Positions 26,388 through 40,136 of a DNA stretch of 64,000 bases are shown piece by piece; within the stretch, counting starts at the first letter, position 1, and the number at the start of each line of letters is the position of its first letter. Made by a program: the position numbers and the translations under genes. The notes beneath the pieces are model-generated. The model searched no databases. It was given only the letters and a program-made list of their open reading frames with translations, and had not been told where the DNA came from. Origin of the DNA: Geosiphon pyriformis uo1 (Eukaryota; Fungi; Glomeromycota); contig JAAOMT010000718.1 in assembly GCA_016748015.1 (NCBI GenBank), forward strand, positions 62,001 through 126,000, read 5' to 3'.

Positions 26388-27038
26388 ATGGCGACCCCTA
26401 CCAAAATAAACGTTTCGTCTGTAGAGGATGTAAACAAAACGTCTACCTTCCCTTCCAACCCAAAGAGCGTTCAATCATCAAAAGACACAACTGAAAGTAC
26501 AAAAACTATTTCGCCGCCGACAGGATCCAACAATAAGTCTTTGGTTGAGCCAGAGATACAACATGTAGCAAAAAATGGGGAAGCGGCGAAACATTTAGCA
26601 GAAGAGGAAAGAGACCATGAAAGTGAAGAAGTTTCCGAAGACCAGGGTGCTGTTGACCCTGATACTGGAGAAATAAATTGGGATTGCCCGTGTCTCGGTG
26701 GTATGGCAAATGGACCGTGTGGTGAAGAATTCAAAGCCGCATTTTCATGCTTCGTGGTATCCACGGCAGAACCGAAAGGTGTGGATTGTTTAGAGGCGTT
26801 CAAAGCGATGCAAGCGTGTTTTCGTGCACATCCTGAAGAGTATAGTCAAGGTATGGTATCATTTTTAAGCCATACCATTGCACGTATTGTAATTCAATCT
26901 TGAAGAATCTCTGGAAAAAACTTTACTTTTTATTCCACTACTTAAAAACAAGAATTGGAAGATGACGATGAAGATGACGATGATTATGATTCAGGTGAAG
27001 CCAATTTGAATGAAACCAAGTCTGAGGAACCAAATTAA
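26388..27038 (+). CDS. MIA40: Mia40/CHCHD4 mitochondrial IMS oxidoreductase (soluble type, no obvious N-terminal TM)
   Basis: [28 protein letters not shown]...[23 protein letters not shown]: CPC plus twin CX9C. Acidic second exon 26953-27038. Confidence 0.95.
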
Positions 27039-27102
27039 GATGACGATGGTGACGATTCAGGTGAAGCCAATTTGAATGAAACAAAGTCTGAGGAACCAAA
27101 TT
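26971..27102 (+). repeat. 66-bp tandem duplication spanning the MIA40 stop codon
   Basis: 26971-27036 and 27037-27102 are near-identical (about 4 mismatches). Confidence 0.9.
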
Positions 27103-27480
27103 TAAATGAATCTCATATCACAATATTCTTTTTTTTTTTTGAATAAAAGTTTACTTTCCCTCGCTCTTTCTACTAGCTTTATGTTGAATGTTCAAAGATA
27201 TAAAATTACAACCAAGAATTCATAGAATATGAATCAGTAACATTTTTATGTCGCGATAATCGCCACGGTCTTTATTGGCTTAAGCCAGGTATTTTTTTTC
27301 CAAACAGGGAACAAAGTTTTCTATATTAAGCCTTTTTTTTTTTTTGTTAAGTCATTCATTTCAGACAAGTCTAATATTTCACAATGTAAAAAAATCTACA
27401 GGTACCCTTCATGAAAGGGAAATTGATTTTTAAACTCCAGCTCAGATGGAGATCTAAATGTTCAGGTGTATTTCATCGAA

Positions 27481-29378
27481 TCATATAAGGTCCTCAGGAT
27501 CTTCTTTTTGATTCGTCGATAGCAAATCATCAAAACTACGTGAATCCACTGTTATTGATTGCTTATTATCCCCGGAATTATTGTTTTTTGTTATTGAAAG
27601 GCGATCCTCGGTATCTTTCTCCAATGAAACATTACCCATAGGTAATTTAGTATAACTAGGGTTGTGTGACGTCATACGAGGATTTGTTGCCATTTCATCA
27701 TCATCCAACGGGTCATAATCAATGACAACTTGTGGCCCCAATCCTATAAATGAATCCCCCTCTGTATCTATGGCACTTGATCGACGACGTTGCTTTGTAT
27801 ATCTACCAACAGTGCTATTTTTTCTTAGTCTTGCCATTTTAAAAAAACTGGCACCACCGGAGATTCGACTTTGGCTGATTCTTTCGAAAGCTGACAACTT
27901 TTTAGTCTTATGATTGAGTATCTCAATATCTGATCCATCTTTAGTGCTGATCCCTCCAACGCTAGAATTATCCCAAGTGCCTACACTAAGCATACTCTCA
28001 TTCTTTTGAATCACATTGATTTCGTCTTTGAATCCTTCAGGTGAATCTTTTGCTTGGCTGAGTAATAATACCCCATATACCAATGTACCAATCCCTAACA
28101 TCACCAAAAACAGAGCCCAAGGTGGGAAGGATGCTAGCTCATTAAGATAAATCATGGAATTTATAAGTCCCATGGCAGTATAAAATCCATAAAAAATGGG
28201 GACAACCAACACCGAGTCATGGAGTTTTAAAGCCGTGTTTAGACAAAATACCTAAATAATTTTATGAAATTAAAAAAAGCTCCTTTTCGAGAAGTATTTT
28301 AACCAAAATTTTAACAAACCTGTAACACTGCGGTGACTGCTAATCCCACAAGAATAAACCAACTCAAACGATCAGTGAATTGGTTGTTCCCGCCAATTGA
28401 CTTTGATAAAAGTTTTACCCTATGAATCAATTTCATAATAAATTAAAAAAAGAACCCATAAATTAACTGTTCATTTCATGTACGACTATCAGCGAAATCT
28501 GAACTTGAGCGTTACGACTCACCCACTTTTCGCCAATAACAAAGTTTGACTAGCAATAAGTCCGCCCAATCCAGCCATTGTCATTCCCACCCATTTTTTC
28601 AGTCGTTTCGTTTCTAGCCCCCGAAAATACACATGTGACTTTTTTCGCAGTTCGTTTTTCGCAAACCAGTAACTGTAGAGAGCGACACCAAGTAAACCAA
28701 TAGTGATAATCTCGAGAACGGAAAAGTAAGCAATAAAAAGGGGGCGCATAAATAATGCCTTCAGTTTTTCCAACGTGAGATTACCATCTGTGCAAGCATG
28801 TTTTGACCAATATTAATAGCCTATAAACCTAAACTTAATCAGTTCCAGTTAAGCTTTACCTCCTTCCCCTTGATTCATTCCCGCAAAAGCTACAATCCAA
28901 ACGACACTAGCAATCACGACAAAAGTCCCCAGGATATCCTTTTGTGTAATCGGGGTTCCAACAAAGGCGCGTGCAAAAAGGAAATTAAAAATGAGAGATA
29001 CCGAACCCAGAGGAGCAACCCATTGAGCTTTCAGAAAATCTTGAAATTTACGACCAAAAAAAATTAATAGATGACCTTTGGGTTACCTAATTGAAACTCC
29101 GAAAATTTCCAAACTTTGTATTAAGTCAGCTTACATAGAGCCAAGGTGCTTCCGACAGATTGACTAGCAATATATAAATAAAGTCCAAGGTGCCATAGCG
29201 GTCTACCACACTCGTTTCTTTGGCGTTCTTCGGGCCGACTGGCGTTTTTTATATGGTCAAGATTCAGCAAGTTCAGACCAGCCGCATTCATAAGTGAAGC
29301 GCCCAGGCTAATTGTGAACCCCGCAAGAATGCCTACTATTGATAGGTCCTCGGTTGTTTTCGTAGGGTCTGAAGACAT
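27481..29378 (-). CDS. NIPA-family (DMT superfamily) magnesium transporter-like protein
   Basis: GFTISLGASLMNAAGLNL, LWHLGLYLY, APLGSVSLIFNFLFARAFVGTPITQKDILG, GGLIASQTLLLAKSG, VLVVPIFYGFYT, IYLNEL. Confidence 0.85.
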
Positions 29379-29606
29379 AATATAAATTTTATGTATATTG
29401 AGCTCCCAAGTTTATTGATAGAACATTAGGGGGAAGAGAGGTTATCAGAGTCTTTGGCTTAGATGCTTGTTCGAAGGAAAAAGGGTATTTTGTGGCGCGT
29501 CATGTCATGTAATTTATCTCGATTTCCTTATTTGTCGGTCGTCCATTTGCAGTCGATGATTATCAAGTAACATTTAACGTAAGCCCCTTTTTGCAATTAA
29601 GTAACC

Positions 29607-30030
29607 TAGGGATGTTAATCGGTCCATCCGGTTCGGTCCGGTCCAAGGACCGTCAGTCCCAAGCAGGACCGGACCGGACCGAGATCCCAAAAGGATGATC
29701 CGAATATATCACGTGTTTATGACGTAATTAAAAATTACCATTTAATTATTCACGTTAATGAGTCAGAGAATATTTGGCATCATAACTAATTCTTTTTGTC
29801 ACGTGTAAAAGAAAGTCGTGTTTGTGTCGTTTTATAGTATGTCGCGTTCATTTTTTTGTGTTCATGATAAAAATATCACCAACGCTGAACGTTAATCTTT
29901 GTATTACTAAATAATAAGGTGGGACGAACCTATCACATGACTAAAATTACTGCGGGACCGACGGTCCTAAAGTTAGGACCGGACCGGGATCATCCAGGAC
30001 TCAATCCTTAAGGACTGATTAACATCCCTA
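29607..30030. mobile_element. Non-autonomous hAT-type MITE (424 bp)
   Basis: TIRs TAGGGATGTTAATCGGTCC / GGACTGATTAACATCCCTA (1 mismatch); perfect 8-bp TSD AAGTAACC at 29599-29606 and 30031-30038; subterminal GGACC/GGTCC repeats. Confidence 0.93.
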
Positions 30031-30059
30031 AAGTAACCCAATGTGGCTTAAGCGCTTTT

Positions 30060-30519
30060 AATAAGCCTCATTATGATATTCAACAAAATTAAAATTAATT
30101 AAAAATAAATATTACCTTATAATATAAAAAAAACCGTTTTAAAAATAAATAATAAGGCATTTTATGATTACATTTTATGGTTACATTTTATGATAACAAA
30201 GTAACAAACAGAATTAAAATTATCATTAAATATTTTCGAAAAGAAAAAAAAAACCTTCAAATTACAATTGATTAAATTAATCAGGAAAATTGACTTTTAA
30301 TAATTGCTTTTTTTAAATAAAGTGAAAAAATTTTATTATTTATTAAACGGTAAAACACTTTCCCAAAATATTTTGATCAAAAAACCGCTTTTTTCAGACA
30401 AATAGATTTTAAAAAGTAGCATTTAATGGCCGAATATTATTTTGATTCCGCATTAAAAAAAGAATTTAGAATAATAATAATGGACCCTTATAACAAATGT
30501 AAATAAAAAATTTTTGTTG

Positions 30520-30598
<79 letters not shown>

Positions 30599-31000
30599 GA
30601 TTATTATTATTATAATTATAAAATTGATATTTCAATTCAGGCTATCGTGAACATTGATCTATCGAACATATTGGGAATAATAAGAAATAATGTGTATTTA
30701 CGGTTTTTTTATAGAATTCTAGAATTTAAAATTAAAGTGTACAATTATACAAGTTTTTTCAAAATGTATATGTAAAAATAAAAACATTATGATAATATAT
30801 AATTTTAATCTGTTTAAATTTCCCAAAAAATAGTTTTGGTTTATTTAATAATTTTAATTTTAATACCATTCAAATTTTCTGTTCTTCTATTTTCTAATAA
30901 TTGATATAATGACATTGAAATCTTCAGAAAAAAATTATTTTCTAATTTTTATATATACAAAGTGAACGCATTTCTTGTATATTTATGGTTTTTAAAGGTG
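30060..31000. other. AT-rich block with (TAT)n microsatellite (~30522-30615)
   Basis: Base composition and trinucleotide run. Confidence 0.85.
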
Positions 31001-31489
31001 AGATCCATACTATCTATTAACAATCGTTAAGTACGGAAAATATTTATAATAAAGTTTGGCCATTTTCTCTAATTAATATCCCATAATGTCGATGTCTTCC
31101 TATTTATACTTATTAATTGAAATTTTTCAACGCACATCACCAACTCAAAGTGTGATCAAAAGGTAAAAGGTCAAGAAAAGTGTTTTTCTACCAAATAATG
31201 AAATCAATGAAAAAAACAACAATTAAAAACCCAAAGAAATCCACATGGGAACAAATATTCAAAATGAATATAATTACAAGTAGTAAATGTATTAATGGTA
31301 GTAGTAGTAGTAGTGATATAGAGTTGTAAACAGTAGCCCAAAGTCCATGGCACATCCAAATTAATACAAACACTCTAATTTTTCTTTTTTATCAACATGT
31401 CACACGTTCGTTCGATCAGATTCACAAATTCAGGATTGTCTTAAAAGTTCTTTATACTTTTACTTGAAGGGTTGATGGGTTATATCGAA

Positions 31490-34079
31490 TCAAAAACCAG
31501 GAACAGGAGATCCACCACTCTTTTTCATCCCACCAAAGGCATTTCCATTAATTAGCACAGCTCGGTACTCTTCAGCGGTCATCCGTCGCTGAGTCTTATT
31601 AATAAACATTGACTCATGACTCCCATAGGTGGCATTTGCCGCGAAATGATTCGCTATATGACTTGGCTCATCTTTTTTCATAGGATAATTACCGGTGTCA
31701 CCATTTAAAGTATGACCATTCTGAGCAGAAACTGTTGGTGGTCGAGTCCTTTCGTATTGTTTCATCCAAAATATCATTTTACTTGGACTGTTTAACACTT
31801 CGTTTTGTAATATCCTCTCTATCCATTCAAGACCAGCTTTATCACTGTTATATCCTTCGAATCGATTCACAATCGGATTGGCGGGTATCGAGGCAGAATA
31901 AGTTTTCGAGGATGGGATTCCGGCATATTTAAGATTCGATGCTCGTTGTTGTTGATTCTTTGACAAATTATTTTGTTTTAATATCAATACCAATCGAAAA
32001 TGTAACATGACACGTTCGATATATTCGATACTTTTGATATAAGTCTCCTCCAAACTTTCAGCGTTCCGTGATAGAAAATCGGTAATACTTTGAATGAACG
32101 ACAATTTTAGAAACACGGTTGCATATGGTAGTGTCATTAGGAATGGTTCTTTATCGAATAGAACAGTGTGTGATCGATCTTCGACGAATACATTATACCA
32201 AGCACCAGGTTGAAGTTGATGATCAATAGGATCAAATAATTTTTCGCTAAGGGCAAGTTTCATTTTAATTTGCTGGTGCGGTTGTGGTAATTGTGAATAA
32301 ACGGCGAGTATACCATCATTTTGCCAATAAGTTGCCGATGACGTTCGTAATACTTGTTGTTCGATCTCGGGTGAAAATTTGTACTGACCAAGGATGGCAG
32401 AAATTATCCAAGTAGGCCAGTTACGCCATGTTAAGCGGGGCTAAATGGTGTTTAAGGATAACCAGATTATTATCATAAATCGATCAATTAATCCTTTGAA
32501 TACCACAAATAAAAACTATCATACCCAGTGATTGCCAGTCTCTCTTGATTTCCAGGTTTGACCGGTTAAAGCGTAATTAATGTAAATAGTATTACAATCT
32601 AATTGATGTCTATTAGAATCATTAGTTGCGTAGCGTTCTCTTGCACCTTCTACCGACCAGTCTACCAAAAAATTATCACCAAGGAGAGAAAACGGACTAC
32701 GTGCACATAAAGAATCCCACATTGTTTGTTGACTACCTTCTTGTGTAGAAAGTGACCATTTCGCGTTTAGATCGATTCCGAATAACGTATCTAACCACGT
32801 CCAGAAGCAAATCATGTGAAGAAATGACATAAAAAGCTGTAAAAGGCTGAACGGACTTATAATGGTTTTGGATCCAGGTTGGAGACCGAGCACATATGGA
32901 AGTATGGAGCCCCGATGTGGAGCAGAAAAAGTGATGACACCTTTTATCCATTTAACCGATGTTTTTTCGCCAAAGAAATCAGTTGCTAGCAAATGTTGTA
33001 GGTGAAGTGCAGTTGTTCCACCATAACCTTTACCTATTGGTTACGCGATTAGATGAATATTGGGTTAACACAGATAATTTGGTTATCATAATATCGAAAG
33101 AATTTTGAAAGATATTTAATTCTTTACCGATTAAAACGATAGGATTTTCAGCGCTCCAATCAGGTAACAAGCCCTGTTTATAAGTTCTACCGTATTGCTT
33201 GTGACCAAATTTTGACGAATGTGATTCACCATAGTTCTAAAATAAATTTTTGTGTTTTAAAAATGACGCATTATTATCACAAAGTTCAAAAGGAAAAAAT
33301 AGGAAATCTCATTTAAACATACAACTTGACCGCCTTTTAATTGGTAGAAAATTTCGACGGCTCGGTCGTGTAGAGACTAAAAAGATAAATTTAATAGAAA
33401 AAGAAAGAGATAGGTTAATCTTTGTTTAGATGATACAGGAAGAGAATGAATTAAAATATCCCGATTGGGAATGTAAATACTAAAATCAAATGTATTAATG
33501 AAAAGATTGGCAATAAGCACACAAATATCGAATTTTTTTCAAGAAAAAATAATCGGATGAATTTTAATTTCCGAAAAATTTTGGCATATAAATAAATACA
33601 CCAGATGTATAAGTTTTGCAATACTTCAAAACCCCATACCCCACTCCTTTTATGATACGGACCCCTAACGCGCTCGGATTAACAACAATAGGTTTGTCGA
33701 CTATATCTCTAACGTCGCTCCAATAGTCTGCCAAAGTCCAGGGACGACCACCAGGCAGTGGAACCTCAATTGTGTTGAAACCAAAAAAGCCAGGGACGAG
33801 CACTGCCGTATCACTATGCTCGCCTTCAAAGCTTATTGTAACGTTTGAAAGTTGTTCTTCCTCTTTTTCCCTTATTTCGTGCTCTTTTTCCATGCCGCTT
33901 GAATACTCGACACCAGCTTGATAGGGTTCAGCAGAGTAAGGTTCTTCTTCATCTTGTTGAACGGAGTTCTTTGTTGGATTTGTTTCTAGTTGTTGTTGTT
34001 GTTGTTGTTGTTGTCGCCATTGTTGTTCTTGTTGCTGCTGTTGCCGTTTCATTTGTCGTCGGGCGAGTACTGAAAACAT
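31490..34079 (-). CDS. Lipase-like alpha/beta-hydrolase (Staphylococcus/Geobacillus lipase-like) with N-terminal polyQ; nucleophile Ser absent
   Basis: VLVPGFFGF, SLHDRAVEIFYQLKGGQV/NYGESHSSKFGHKQYGRTY, WSAENPIVLIG|KGYGGTT, ITFSAPHRGS, WQNDGILAVYSQ. Confidence 0.85.
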
Positions 34080-37000
34080 TGTTTATTTTAAACTTTTTTT
34101 CCCGAGTTTTTCGCTTCGGGAAGTAGTTTTCTTTTTTTTCTACGTGGGTGTCTTCCCCAACAGGTGTTTTATATCTTAAATTTGTATAGAAATTTTTTCA
34201 ATTGATACCAGATTTCTTTTTACTTTTTCAATTTTTGGTTCACGTTTCCTAATATTTGCGACACAAGAAAAAAGGGTTGAGGGCTTGTGAAAGTGGATAT
34301 TGAGCACGGGTATGTGATTGCGTTTTTGGTTGTGAGTGTGTTACAGCCAATTCCAAAAATATCAAACTATTTTCTTAATATTGGAGAAGTAAGGATTAAG
34401 ATTGAAAAATCATGAGTCTTACCTCAATTATATTGCTATATGTTTCCCTTTTATTCTGATAATAATAAATTTAATAATTATGATGATTTATGCGAGGGTT
34501 AAGTAGTTAAACTTACTTCTAAGAAGATCATGTATTGTGGGGTTAGGAAAATGGGGAAAGATGATCATTTAAGAAATGAGAAGGGATAAATTTTCAAAGG
34601 AAATTTATGATTAAAACGGCCGTTGTTAAAAAAACGTGGGTGCTAACACTATTATTGAAGGGGTTCTTCTTGTTGGGGCAAATTGTATATACTAGACATA
34701 TAGTGATTGTTGTTAAAAATAACGCACTAAATTGGCTGTTGTCAGCTGAAGAAGTTAAGAGTTTATTATTACCGAAAGAAAAACTTAAAAAAAGGGAAGA
34801 TTTTTGGCAAAGGAAAAAAGTTTTGGCAAAAATTGGAAGGTTTAGCAACAATTTAATTGGGGGAATCTACAGACACGTTTAAAATGTTCTCTAAGACTAC
34901 TACTATTATTTCAAGAATGATCCCTTCAACCGATTAAAACATAGAAACACCTGTCAAAAAGTTTCGCGTGTAAATCATACAAAACTTTTACCTTTCTTTA
35001 CCTCGTGAAAAATCTTTGTCTTTATATGAAATCGACAAAATCAGCGAGAGGAAAAGATAAAAATTTGTAAAAATCAACGGTCACTCTTGGGCAAGACTCT
35101 GCTTTAAGAGTGTAGATCGATTTGTTGTGTGTGTTAAGGTATCAAAAGTTCAGAGAGACGCGACTGGTTTCTCGGGGAAATTTTGCTCGCAGAGGTGCTT
35201 GATTTACATGTGAAATTTTAAACGAGCTAACTAAAAATTGATCCCGATTATTAAAAATAAAAAAATTTGATATCCCCATAAAAGAAACAAGATAATCAGT
35301 GAAAAAAACAAGTAATCAATTTGAGTAAGTGGGAACAAATGGGAATAGTTATCATAATAACATTATCGAGTCAGAGATCTCCCCCCGTTAGAATAATAGT
35401 TTTGAGAATGGTATCATTGTCTCCCTTACATGCGACAATTTCCTTTGACTTGGGACTACAATCTTGTAAGCAATTTTTTTAATTTAATTTAATTTGATTT
35501 GATTTGATTTGATTTGATTTTCAATTAATTATAAAACTAGGACAGCTCGGACGCTGTAGTAACGTGCTTTGATGTGCATAGGATAACTGATAACAGGGAA
35601 GTGAGAAAAGGGTAAACCAGGAGGTACAAAATGATTAAAACTTGGTTTAATTCCTTATGAAATCATAATTTAAAAAAGTCCGGCGCTTCCTGTGCCTCTA
35701 AGGTCATTGCATTATAAACTCGTGGTATTCCGCAGTAATTATCTAAGTTCAGAGCAAAAACTTTTTTTAATCTGCAATTTGTCATCTGTCAAGTTAATCA
35801 GCGTTTTGATAACAATGTTACATTGTTACTTTTATTTAGCCATTCCATTCAAAAAAATTTTGTAGTATTTGTTGTTTTCTTTCTAACGATTAAATTCTAT
35901 TTTAGGCTTTAATCTTCTCTATATGTACTATGTTCAAGATTCTTAACGATGAAAAAAGAATTTGAGAATTTATAGCTTGAAAGAGAAAGGAATCGTGAAA
36001 GAATTCAATTTGACATGATTCAATGAAAACTTGAGAGGGAATGCAATTAGTAGAAAGATTCAAAATCTACATCTAAATTCTCCCCTCGTATCGATGCATA
36101 AATTACCAAAGATGCACGTCTTTGAATCAAATAAGGTTTTTATAGTGAGTTCATCATAATACCTTGAATTATTTCTATTCTTTCCTATTTCAAAATATTA
36201 AAAATCTTGTTGTCATTTCTAGTTCTATTCTTCTCTTGATTTGTACTATGAAAAATTCTTGGGAACTAATTTCAAAAAGTCTCCGAATATACTAAAGATT
36301 TTAGCCAGACTATAAATTTACAAACTCGATATGCAATCATCACACTACACATCCGGCTTATTCCTGAAGTAACTACGGCGAACCGTATTGTCCTTTATCT
36401 CCGTGTTGGTCACTCACTTTCAGATCATCGGAATTGTTCTAACCGTTTACCATCGTTAAAGTTCATGTGGAGGAATAGACACGGATGTTATGGGCCCCCC
36501 CCATTCATATCACGATTCCAGAGGGTCTGAAAAGAAATTGTTAAAATATGTAAAACTTGGGGAATTTGAAAATTCATGGTAAATTAAATGAAACTTATCA
36601 AGCCTACGTTTTTTGCATACTTTGGGACCATAATTGTAATTATCCATCCATCCATTCATCAGATATTAAAGTCAAACTGTTTGCCTCAAACTCCCCATCA
36701 ACTATTATAAGAGATGCATGTCCTTGAAAATATTTCATCCCTACTGTTGCTCTTGGATTTTATCAGTAATCCCCTCATATGTCTTATTATAAGTCTGAGT
36801 AGATTGATATATAACTTTTAACTAAGCACATACGCTAGATAGATCTAAAACTTCGAAATCGTGGTAACCATATCTATCCTTCTCGACTGTCGCTAATGTT
36901 TAAAGGATGATAGTTTCTCTCCTCCTCCTCAAATTCACTCTCACACTCACCGCATCTGTCATGATGCTGAATCCAAACACCCAATTTTGTGTGACCTCTC

Positions 37001-37600
37001 CCTCTAGTCGAAATGCAATCCTCCACGTTCCTCAATAGTTTTATTAGCCGGCCAAGACTTATTCAGTCAACACACCCAAAAAAAGATGGAGGGTATCAGA
37101 ATCAACGATAATGAAAAGCAGTGGAAGGAAGAAGTGAGAAAAGTCTAAGCCCTTTGCATCTTCCCGAATCTCCTTAAAAGTTGTCATCTACCAAATATTT
37201 GTTTTTATGATTGCGTTCAGATCTTATCAGGTACTATTGGTTAAGATTAAATTCAAATGTTTATGCATTGTCAATGGCGAATTGTTTTGATAAAATCTAA
37301 ACCTTTTTTTCACTAATTTTTGAAAAACGATAAATTTAAATGAAATTATCATAAATAGCATGAATAATTGGCTGTTTGTATAATTTCTAATTTTAGGTAC
37401 TAATAATTACTCAACCATTTTTGGATTATCTGATAATTTTTTCTCTGTAAGGAACCAAAAAGTACCACATGTAGGCGTTTTTCGCCATCTTATTTTGGGC
37501 TAAAGCAGTGTATTAAACTTTTTTTGGTCATTCGAGACTGCTTTTTTTCCTTTCAACTCTCTTACACAAAGTTCAATTTACACCGAAAAAAGAGAATATA

Positions 37601-40136
37601 ATGTCACAAACTCCCTTCAACTTTGAACCTCAGTCTGCAGAAACATCAACTTCACACGAATTAGGTAAGAAACTAGAACAATCGTTTTACTCAAGTTTTT
37701 GGGACGTTATTATATCTTAATCCAAAACCACTAATTGTTCATGGTGGCTGCAATAGTTCCGAATCAATATGAGTCAGATACAGACAGTTTTAACGAGTCA
37801 ACACCGTTAAAGCGCTCGAGCAGTGGAGACTCAATAACATGTATGTGTATAAATGCACTACATTTTTATCAATGATAACTTCTCACATTTGAAAATGAGA
37901 ACTTTTTGAGCTCACTTGGAACCACTTTCTTAGACACAAACATCCCACCAAAGGAAACTTGGTCAACCTTTAAAACAAGAGTAAAATATTATATTCCAGT
38001 ATTGGGTTGGCTACCTTCGTACTCTTTAGGTACATTTTGGAACGATTTTTTCGCCGGGTTGACCGTCACAGCGATTCTATTACCGAGCGGCTTATCATAT
38101 TCTGTGCTAGCTAAAGTCCCTCCTGTTCATGGATTATATTCGATCGTAATTCCTGCTATTGTGTACTCGTTCCTTGGTACCTCTAGGTAAGGTAAGCTAA
38201 GCTCTGATCTTTAAAAACCTGGAAAAATTTATCATGCTTATTTATCATGAATTTAATCTCCTAAAGACAATTATCGATTGGCCCTGAAGCCTTAGTTGCT
38301 ATGCTAGTTGGCTCTTCAGTGTCTCAACAACAAAAGTATATCTCTCGCGAAGATACCGAGTCAGCAATAATTCTTGCCTCGCTAGTAACCTCATTTGTTG
38401 GGATTCTGACCTTATTACTTGGCTTGATTCGACTTGGATTCTTAGATTCCATTCTATCGAAGCCTTTGTTACGGGGATTCATAACTGCTGTGGGGGTCGT
38501 TATTATAATTGAACAACTCGTCAGTATGTTGGGCTTGTCAGAGCTCGCAAGAAACGTTGGCATAACCCATGGATCATCGACAGTACAGAGATTTGTTTTC
38601 ATTATGAGCAATCTAGACAAGGTTCACCATCTTACGGCGATTGTGTCTATTACTAGTCTCACACTCCTTTTAATATCCGGATTTATCAAAACGAAATTTG
38701 TCAAAACATATCCTTCTATTCAATTTATACCGGAAATTTTGATATGCGTCGCATTATATACTTTTCTCTGCGCAAAGTTTGAGTGGGACGCCGAAGGTCT
38801 CAACATTCTGGGGGCAATCAAGGGTAGTGGTTTTCCGAAATTTTCACTACCAAAACCACCCCATGCTTCCCACATCAAAGATTGTTTCGAAACGGCAGTT
38901 CTAATATCAGTTATCGGTTTTGTTGAATCTATTGTTGTGACAAAAACTTATGCTACCAAACACAATTATGCTGTTAGCCCTAATCGTGAACTGGTGGCAT
39001 TAGGCACTGCCAACCTGATTGGTAGTTGTTTTCAATGCTTTGTCGCATATGGAGGAATGGCTAGGAGTGGCATTAATGATCGAGCCGGTGCTAAAACTCA
39101 ACTTTCTGGTCTTGTCACAGCTATGTTTGTTCTCTTCTCCCTTTTTTTCCTACTTCCTTATTTCTATTACCTTCCTTACGCTGTGCTCAGCGCTGTTGTA
39201 TGCAAAGCAGCATTACATTTGTTACATGAGACCCCACATGATATTAAATTCATGTACAAAATTAGTGCTTGGACTGACCTAGCCTTACTTGCTCTTACTT
39301 TCTTGGTGACTATTTTCGTATCTGTTCAATACGGTACTTTAATTTCGATTGGGCTATCATTAGTATTAGTGGTAAAACATTCCACTTATCCCCGGATCAC
39401 CATTTTGGTATGGCAAGACAGTTCTTACTTTTGCTTTAATGGTTTCCCTCTTAAGATCATTGAATCTAATCTTTCTTTTTTTTTCAACTGATAAAAATTT
39501 TAGGGGCGTGTGAGTAATTCGGATACGTTTAAACGAATAAAAGATTATCCAGATCAGGCAGAACACGTTGAAGGTGTTCTTGTAGTGAAAATTGAGGAAC
39601 CTTTGTATTTTGCCAATACTGGACAATTGAAAGATCGTCTCAGACGCCTTGAAGAATTCGGTGATATGAGTGTTCATCCTTCCGAAGAGGCTCGCATGTC
39701 ACCTATCGAAAATATAATATTTGATATTGAAACTATGGAGGATTTAGATGCTAGGTAAAGATGGGTTTAAATTTTTAAAAGTTGATCACCTAATACTTTT
39801 AGCTTTTTCTAATTCATCTCCCTTATTGTATTCACAGTGCGACAATTATTCTGGTTGAGATTGTTGAAGCTTATCACAGGCGAGGGGTTAATGTATTTTT
39901 TGTAAAATTACATGATAATCAGAAAAAGGCTTTTATTCGGGCTGGTTTGGTGGATATGGTCGGTGCAGATCATTTCTTTAGGTATGATTTATTATTTTTT
40001 GGAAATTCCTCGATTTGCATAAATGATACCATATTAAGTTATGAATCTTGTTGCTCTAAACAGGCGTATTGCAGACGCCTTAGATTACATTTACCGTAAT
40101 GGCTATTTAAATTTTACTGGGTATACTTCAATCTGA
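37601..40136 (+). CDS. SulP/SLC26 sulfate/anion transporter with STAS domain (YPR003C-like)
   Basis: YYIPVLGWLPSY, DFFAGLTV, GLYS, LSIGPEALVAMLVG, GFITAVG, PNRELVALG, STAS motifs IEEPLYFANTGQLKDRL and IFDIETMEDLDA. Confidence 0.93.

Noticed and set aside
29620-29690. GGACC/GGTCC repeats as a CRISPR-like or iteron array
   Set aside because: No unique spacers; explained as hAT subterminal repeats in a eukaryotic context.
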